Under the pieces are notes generated by a model that saw nothing but the letters and a program-made list of their open reading frames with translations, was not told the origin of the DNA and made no database searches. 42,636 nucleotides of DNA from Basidioascus undulatus. Lineage: Eukaryota. This document shows, in pieces, positions 35,701 through 42,636 of this stretch. Both the position numbers and the translations under genes were made by a program. The stretch lies in assembly GCA_000826855.1 (NCBI GenBank), contig JTLS01000027.1:1-42636 (forward strand), written 5' to 3'. Position 1 is the first letter of the stretch. Every line of letters begins with the position of its first letter.

Positions 35701-38128
35701 TCCACAGACATGAAGGGCGCTGTCGAGCGCATCCTTGACCGCTGCACGCACATCGGCCTGAGCGAAGGCCGGCGTGAGCTCACCGCTGCAGACAGGGACA
35801 GTATCATTGCGAACATGGACAAGGCGGGTGATTTGCGCACTGGCACCCAGCATCGGTAAAAACTGCTGATACGGCTTGCGTGCAAAACAGCTCGCTGCAG
35901 AAGGTCTTCGCGTCCTCGCGCTTGCTGGGAAGACCGTGCCGTACGCGGACATGCAGGGCGTCAAGACCGCCACGCGTGACTCGCTTGAATCGGAGCAGGG
36001 GTTTCTTGGTCTTGTCGGCATCTAGTGTGTCGAGTTTGGTTCAGTTTCCCAAGGCAAACTTTGTGCTTATATGGGATTGCCTACAGCGACCCGCCTCGCC
36101 CCGAGTCTCGCAGGGCCGTCATGAACTCGCACAGCGCCGGCATTGTTCCTCGTATGCTCACTGGTGACCATGTTCGTAACTTTACTTGCACCCTCAGCCC
36201 CTTTTTAAGCGTAAAAATGTTAACGAAGTTGCCTCTACCCAGGCTGCTACGGCGTCCGCGATTGCCATGTCCGTCGGCATCCTTGCGAAGACGCACTCCA
36301 AGAGCGCGGTCATGGTTCACTTCCCCTTATAATAACCTCATATGTCCGCTGCTGACATGAATGTGCATCGAAACTTTAGACCGGTCAGGAGTTCGACGCC
36401 TTGACGGAGCAGCAGATCGATGAGCTGCCTGAGCTGCCGGTCGTCCTTGCGCGTTGTGCTCGTACGTATTTGCATGTGACTATTCTGTATAAGCAAACTT
36501 GACTAAACTTGTCTTCACTACAGCTGAGACGAAGGTCCGCATGGTCGAGGCGCTGCACCGCCGCGGGCGCAAGACGGTCATGACTGGCGACGGTGGTAAG
36601 TCAGCGCGGCTTCAGATTGCACAACATAATGGCTCACATACGCATGTCTCGTCTGCTAGTTAATGATTCCCCTGCGCTGAAACGCGCCGACGTCGGTGTC
36701 GCCATGGGCCTGAACGGTTCGGACGTTGCTAAGGGTGCGGCAGACATTGTGCTCGCCGACGACAACTTCTCGACCATTGTCCGTGCCATCCGCAAGGGCC
36801 GCGCCGTTTTCCAGAACCTGTCCAAGTTCCTTGTGTACCTGCTTTCCGGAAAGTAAGTAAATTAACGCCTAATCGTGGAACGCGGTTGACTGATATTCGG
36901 ATCGCCAATTTGCCCTACAGTGTCGCTGAGGTGTAAGCACCGCCAGCAACATGAATCTGACACCGTTGACTGATCTTTGTACCCCTTGCCGCAATACCAG
37001 GTTCGTCCTTCTCATCGGCCTTGCAGTCCGGCGCGACGGCATTGCCGTTTATCCTATCTCTCCCGTTGCTGCGCTCTGGTCCGTTTTCGGTTTGTTATAA
37101 TAAAGAGGCCACTGTATATCCACTTAACATGCGGTGTAACTCAGGGTCAACACGATCGCCGCTGGTCCCCCCGCCCTCGCACTCGGTCTGGAGCCGACTG
37201 CTCCGGACGCAATGGCCCTCCCTCCGGCGTCGTTCCAGAGTATTTTCACCGTTTCATGGTTCCTCGAGTAAGCCTTCGTCCATTTGCTGATGCGCCAAAA
37301 GCACTGAATAACTATGCGCCGCGCCCGCCTCCAGTGTTATCGGCTACGGCATCTTCATAGGCGGGCAAACTCTCGCCAACTTCGCGTACGTTTCGATTCC
37401 AGCATCTATGAAATGCAGCAGCAGCTAAGTTTCCCTCACGTATACAGTATCGTGCAGTACGGCGTTCACGATGGCGTTCAAGACATTGGTCTTGACTGCA
37501 ATGCCGGCGTGATGCATGACGATTGTGAGGTAAGCATTTGGTTGCTGAGCGGGGATTCCTGTTGAGATGCCTCACCGTAGTTGGAAATCGACACAGATTG
37601 TCTTCCAAGCGAGGGGGTGTGCCTTCGCGACGCTGCAGATCCTCCTCATGGTTCATGGTTTGACGTGCAAGAATCTGCTGCGGTCAATCTTCAAGATGAA
37701 CCTGCTCGACAACCCTCTCCTGCTCTGGTCCGTGGGCGCACTGGCGCTATCCGTCTTCCCGATCGTCTATATCCCGGTGCGTGCTCACTGAACGTGTCGC
37801 ATCAGAAACGGCCCTGACAAGTACGCTTACTGCTATGTTCTCCCAGGTTATCAACACTCGCGTGTTCCAAGTGACAGGGCTTACCTGGGAATGGGGCTTG
37901 GTGTTTGCTCAAGTTCTGGTCTACTTCATCGTGCGTACCTGCTCTTCTCGTCCTATCCCGCTGCATGACTGAGGTCTGCGGCCGCGTCGTACACAGTTTG
38001 CCGAGTCCTACAAACTTATTCGCCGCCGTTTTACGCGCACGCAGGCGCTCGTCGGCCATGACGAGGAGGAAGCTGACGACCGGACCATGCACCTCGAGAA
38101 CACCTTGGAGCCGTCGCGCCAGCTTTGA
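32755..38128 (+). CDS. ENA1: P-type IID (ENA-like) Na+/K+-exporting ATPase (~30 introns, one GC-AG)
   Basis: [20 protein letters not shown]4 [12 protein letters not shown], phosphorylation site [59 protein letters not shown] and DDNFSTIV. M4 lacks the PEGL motif of Ca-ATPases; TGA at 38126-38128. Confidence 0.88.
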
Positions 38129-38526
38129 AGTTGTTTCTTCACAAGCGCATCAATCATAGCCAGATCTCGTTCACGCGCACATGTTATTTACCTCGTTGCT
38201 TTGCTAGATCACGTCCACACATAAACTGTCCGGAAAGCCTTCCGTCCTTTCCTTTTCCTTAGTTACTTCGCTTGTCCAAGCGCCACGTTCCCAGATTTCA
38301 GTCCTTTCATCATACCGCGTGATAGGGTTTTGATTTTTTTTTGCGGCCAAATGCTTTGCACGGTGATGCATGCATATTGACGGGATACACCGGTGACAAC
38401 GAACCCGCACGAGGTGTTCCGCGGTCTGCCATCGCCACAGATGAACGTGGCCAAACATGGTCCTCTCCATGGGGGTATAATGCATGCGACAATAATCAAA
38501 TCGCTCCGTTCCAAGGACTCTGAACG

Positions 38527-41500
38527 CTACTGGTTCATGAGGTTGTAGAACGCCTCCTGCGGGACGCTGATCCGGCCGATCGCCTTCAGACGCTTCTTGC
38601 CTTCTTTTTGTCTGGAGACACCAGATGAACTCGGGTCAGAACCCATTTCGTGGTGCATAGGAGAGGCAAAAGGTAAGCACTTGTTCAGGTGCTTCAGCTT
38701 GCGATCCTACGTGCGAGAAAATGTCAGCGTCGGCGTACGGAGGCGGGGTAAGAGGGGACGCACGTAGTGACCACCGTACTAAAGCACAAAGCGAGATAGG
38801 CGCTGGTTAGTACGAAACAGAGAAGCAGGATACCGGAACGAAGGAAAAGCGTACAAGACCAGCCTGTCAAAAGCACCAGGTGGACGTAAGTACCACGCCG
38901 TGCTACGGAGCAGGGAGTACGTCTGCGACTTACAGTCACGTCCTTCCGCACAGCCTTGATCCTGCTCACCCACCATTAGTCAGAACCTTCCTCCCACGAC
39001 TTTCTGGCCCTGAGCAGACACACGTCTCCCTTGCAATAGCCTTCGACCCGATCGCAGCCTGGATGGCAACCTCGAACTGCTGACTGCAGAGCCCCCCATA
39101 TATCAGCTCCCTCGCGCAGAACAAGTACGGGAAGGAGAAGGCGTACCGGGGGATCACGTCCTTGAGCTTCTTCACCCACTCCCGGCCGGTCGCGATCGCC
39201 TTGGAGCGGTGCACGATCATCGCGAGCGCGTCGACGGGCTCGCCGTGCACGAGGAGGTTGAGCTGCGCAGCGCCTCATGCTTTCAGTCCAAGATCTCGTC
39301 TTCGAGTTGGTGGGCGGCAGACGGACCTTGACCAGATCCGACTTCTCATACCCCGCCTGCTGGTACTCGAACGACGCGTAGCCGGACGTGGCGGATTTGA
39401 GTTTGGAGTAAAAGTCGGTGACGATCCTGCGTGGCGGACCATCAACAACTGCAGTAAGTGCGAGCTGACCTGTGGGGAAGAGGGGAGGAACGCACTCGGC
39501 CAGGGGCAGCTTGTACCGCAGCCTAACGCGCGGCGGCGTCGACCCCTCGAGGTACCCGAAGTGCAGCTGGTCCCCGCGGTGGGTGTTCAGGAGGTCCAAG
39601 ACCGGTCCTGCGAGCGCACCACCAGCATCAGCTGGGCGAACGAGGAGGGAGGGGGTGAAGGGGACGCACCGATGAACTCCTCGGGCACGATCAGCTCGGC
39701 ATTCACGATCGGCTCTTGAAGTTCCATTTTGCGGCCGCCGGTCATCTGCGACGGCTCCGGGAACTCGGAGGGGACGCGGACGGTCACGGTCTCGCCGGAG
39801 GGGTGGATGACTGTGCGGTGAGAGGGGAGTGGGAAGTTAGGATCCGGGGTGGACTTAAAAACGAATGTCGGGAAAGCGGACCGTTGTACGGCACGGTAGG
39901 CGCGGTCTGTTTATGGTTCGGGGTGGGTGGTGAGTGTCTGGACTTCAGTGTGCGGCAGAAGTAGATGGATGACGTACAACGATCACTTCCGAGTCGTACT
40001 CGTCTTCCAGTCGCTGACGGAAGACATCCTACACCCGTCGTCCAACAATCAACCACATAAGCTCACCCCTCACTCCTGGTTCTCGCGTCTGCCCCGCGGC
40101 GCTCACCAGATGCAGCTGCCCCAAGAACCCGATCCTGCACCCTTGCCCGAGCGCAGCGGACGACTCGCGCTGGACGGTGACGCTTGCGTCGTTGAGGGTG
40201 AGCTGCTCGCGTGGAGAACGCTTGCGTAAGTCGTCCTGGCGAGCGAGAAGAGGGGGTGAGGGGGGACGCTGGACACACCCGCTTAACCGACTCCTCCAGC
40301 CGGAGGAAGTCCTTGTTGTCGACGGGGAAGACGCCTGCGGACTTGGGTGAGCATGCCGGGCGATTCGAGGGCGAAGGGAAGGGGAGGAGGACGGACCGGC
40401 GAAGACCATGGATTCTGTATTGGGTAAATTGAACTTGCGTGCGAGATATGTTGGAAAGAGCGGAAAGGACGCACTGGCAGGCTTGAACCCCGGCAGCGCC
40501 TCCACAGGTTGTCCAACGCGGTAGATCGTGTCCCCGATATGAGCTGCCTCGCCTCCAGTCCATCAGTCCCAGTCCAAATACCAGGCCCCCTCCCCAAACC
40601 GCGCGCGCACCCTCAGCAGACTGCTTCATCCCGCAAACGACGTAGCCGACTTGCCCGGCCTGGAGGTGCGCCGTGGGGACCTCCTCCGGGTGGAGCACGC
40701 CCACCTCGCTGACGGTGTACTTGCGCCCGCTATGCCAGGAGGCGATCTGGTCGCCTGGGGTAATTGGAGGATGGGAGAATGTTAGGGGGAGGGAAGGGGA
40801 GAGAGTGCGAGGGAAGGGGGGGGACGGACCCTTGCGCAGCGTCCCGGATTCCAGTTTGACGAGCGAGACGGCCCCGCGGAAGTTGTCGAAGCTTCCCAGG
40901 AACCCATAGTATTAGCGATTTCCACAGGCGAGTGTGAGGGTGGAAATGTGGGAGAGGGAAACCCACAAAGAATCAAACAGCAGCGCCTTGAGCGGGCCGT
41001 CGACGTCGCCCGCGGGGGCAGGGCAGCGCTCGACGATGGCCTGCAGGACAGCCTCGACCCCCCGCCCGGTCTTGGCCGAGATGGGGAGCGCGGACGACTC
41101 GGGGAGGTCGAATGTTGCGGCGATCTCTTGTGCGACGGCGGGCGCGTCGGCAGCGGGGAGGTCTATCTGCGCGGGGGGATGAGCGCGTGCGAAGGAGGGG
41201 GGAAGGGGGGAGAGGTACTTTGTTTATCACGGGCACGATTGTCAGGCCCCGCGCGGAGGCGAGCTCGAATACCGAAAGCGTTTGGGCTTGGATCCCCTCT
41301 GTGCGTTGGGCTGCGTGAATGAAAAGGGAGCAGGGTTGGAAGGGAAGGAGGGCCCACGTGTTGCGTCTACAAGGAGGAGGGCGCCTTGGCACGCGGTGAG
41401 GGAGCGGGAGACTTCGTATGACTGGAGGAGAGGCTTCAGTGTGGGCCGGCTTGGGAAGCTGGGAAGGAGCGCACGAAGTCGACATGGCCTGCCGACTGAA

Positions 41501-42084
41501 TAAGCAGGTGTGTTCGGAGTGAAGGATATCATGAATGTGAGGCGCACCAGGTGTATCAATCAAGTTCAACAAGTAGTCCTTCCCCTCCCAATTGTAGATC
41601 ATGCTGCCGGCCCCGCATCAGTTCCCTGCCCAGACGAAGCTCACGAAATAACGCACCTCGCACTGTTCGCCTTCACCGTGATCCCTCTCGCCCGCTCCAC
41701 CTCCAGCTTATCCAAGATCTGCTTGTTCCCGCCCTCCGGGATCGTGCCCGTCATCTCGAGCAGCCGGTCTGACAGGGTCGATTTCCCATGGTCGATGTCT
41801 GCCGAGCCTCCCTCCTTTCAGTACTCTCTCCTCTCTTCACATATCGGAGGGTAGTGCGCACGAGCTATGACCGAAAAGTTCCTGATCTGCTCCGGGGGAA
41901 AGTCGGCCATGTCGATCTGCTTCTTTCGTGCAGCCGCCTTCTTGGGGATCGTCGCTGCGAGGGCGGCTGCGCTCTGGCAGAAGGTGCGGCTGGCTGCGGG
42001 GAGGGCGGTGTGCGGGCGGAGAGCATATTGGAAGGCGAGGAAGGTGTATCGCCTGCGTGAGGTTAGGCTTGCTGGGGTGAGCAT
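38527..42084 (-). CDS. GUF1: Mitochondrial translation factor GUF1 (LepA/EF4) (~24 introns)
   Basis: Presequence, then [94 protein letters not shown] and [34 protein letters not shown] at 38527-38529. Confidence 0.97.
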
Positions 42085-42253
42085 CGGGCGAGGGAACGGC
42101 GCAGCGAAGGGGGAAGACACAGGGCAAGGGGAAGCGGGGAAACTGAAGTCGAGGCGGCGTGGGAGTTTGTGATGTCAGAACGCGTGCCGTCCACACACTG
42201 GAGCCAGGCTGCCAGACGGGGCAACTGTTGACCATTCACTGTTGACGATAGCG
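42085..42253. promoter_or_regulatory. 169-bp bidirectional promoter between GUF1 and the next gene
   Basis: Head-to-head ATGs at 42084 (-) and 42254 (+); ACGCGT at 42180-42185. Confidence 0.55.
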
Positions 42254-42636
42254 ATGTCCTCCCCTCCGCACACGCACAACGCATTCGACGATTTAATATC
42301 GAAATCGACGACATACACCCCCCCAGAGCCAGAGGACAACCCCTTCGCAGACGTCGTTTCCGCCAACCCGTACGGCTCAGTCTACACCGCCGCACCGGAG
42401 CCAGGGCCTGAGCGGCCTCGCAGCCCGGATGCCAATGGCTTCGCGAGTGAGGAGGCGGAGAGGGCAGGAGGCGAGCAGCTAGGAAGCCCTGTGGTTCCTG
42501 CACCAGGGCCAGAGTCCTCGCAGCCTAGCACCCCTGCGACGCCCCCGCCTCCTCCCCCGCCCTCCCCCGCCCGTCCTCCTCCACGCGCTCCCGCCCGCCG
42601 TAGTCCTCATGCGGCTTCCGCGGGAGGGCAATGATC
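42254..42636 (+). CDS. 5' end of a gene with a Pro/acidic disordered N-terminus, possibly sorting nexin Vps5-like; probably continues beyond the window
   Basis: MSSPPHTHNAFDDLISKSTTYTPPEPEDNPFADV...; the FDDL...DNPFAD pattern recalls basidiomycete Vps5 N-termini. The TGA at 42632 may lie in an intron starting near 42600. No PX or BAR domain is visible in the window. Confidence 0.45.

Overview
Eukaryotic genomic DNA from a GC-rich, very intron-dense fungus. It is almost certainly a basidiomycete, because it carries an Ste50/Ubc2 adaptor with two C-terminal SH3 domains; finer placement is not possible from the sequence. The ORF track is misleading because most genes are split into many short exons, so I built the gene models by hand. 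In order: 3' end of Ste50/Ubc2 (+), ELMO/CED-12 (-), OPT oligopeptide transporter (+, ~34 introns), a ~7.5 kb stretch with no intact gene that holds decayed coding relics, a Zn2Cys6 transcription factor (+), a Jid1-like J-protein (-), two tandem paralogous secreted Gly/Pro-rich proteins (-), farnesyltransferase beta (+), formate dehydrogenase (+), an ENA-type P-type ATPase (+), mitochondrial GUF1/LepA (-), and the 5' end of a divergent gene. The most notable signals are: (1) an apparent U2-type AT-AC intron needed to keep the OPT frame, plus four GC-AG introns and 9-15 nt microexons; (2) a pair of cysteine-free secreted proteins with elastin-like xPGxG repeats and, in one copy, a Tyr/Trp/Pro block, not visible intact in the ORF track; (3) alternating C-rich and G-rich blocks running through exons and introns of some genes; (4) several pseudogene relics. 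No rRNA, tRNA, CRISPR array or intact transposon was recognised. Intron counts are manual and all family assignments come from motif recognition, not database searches.
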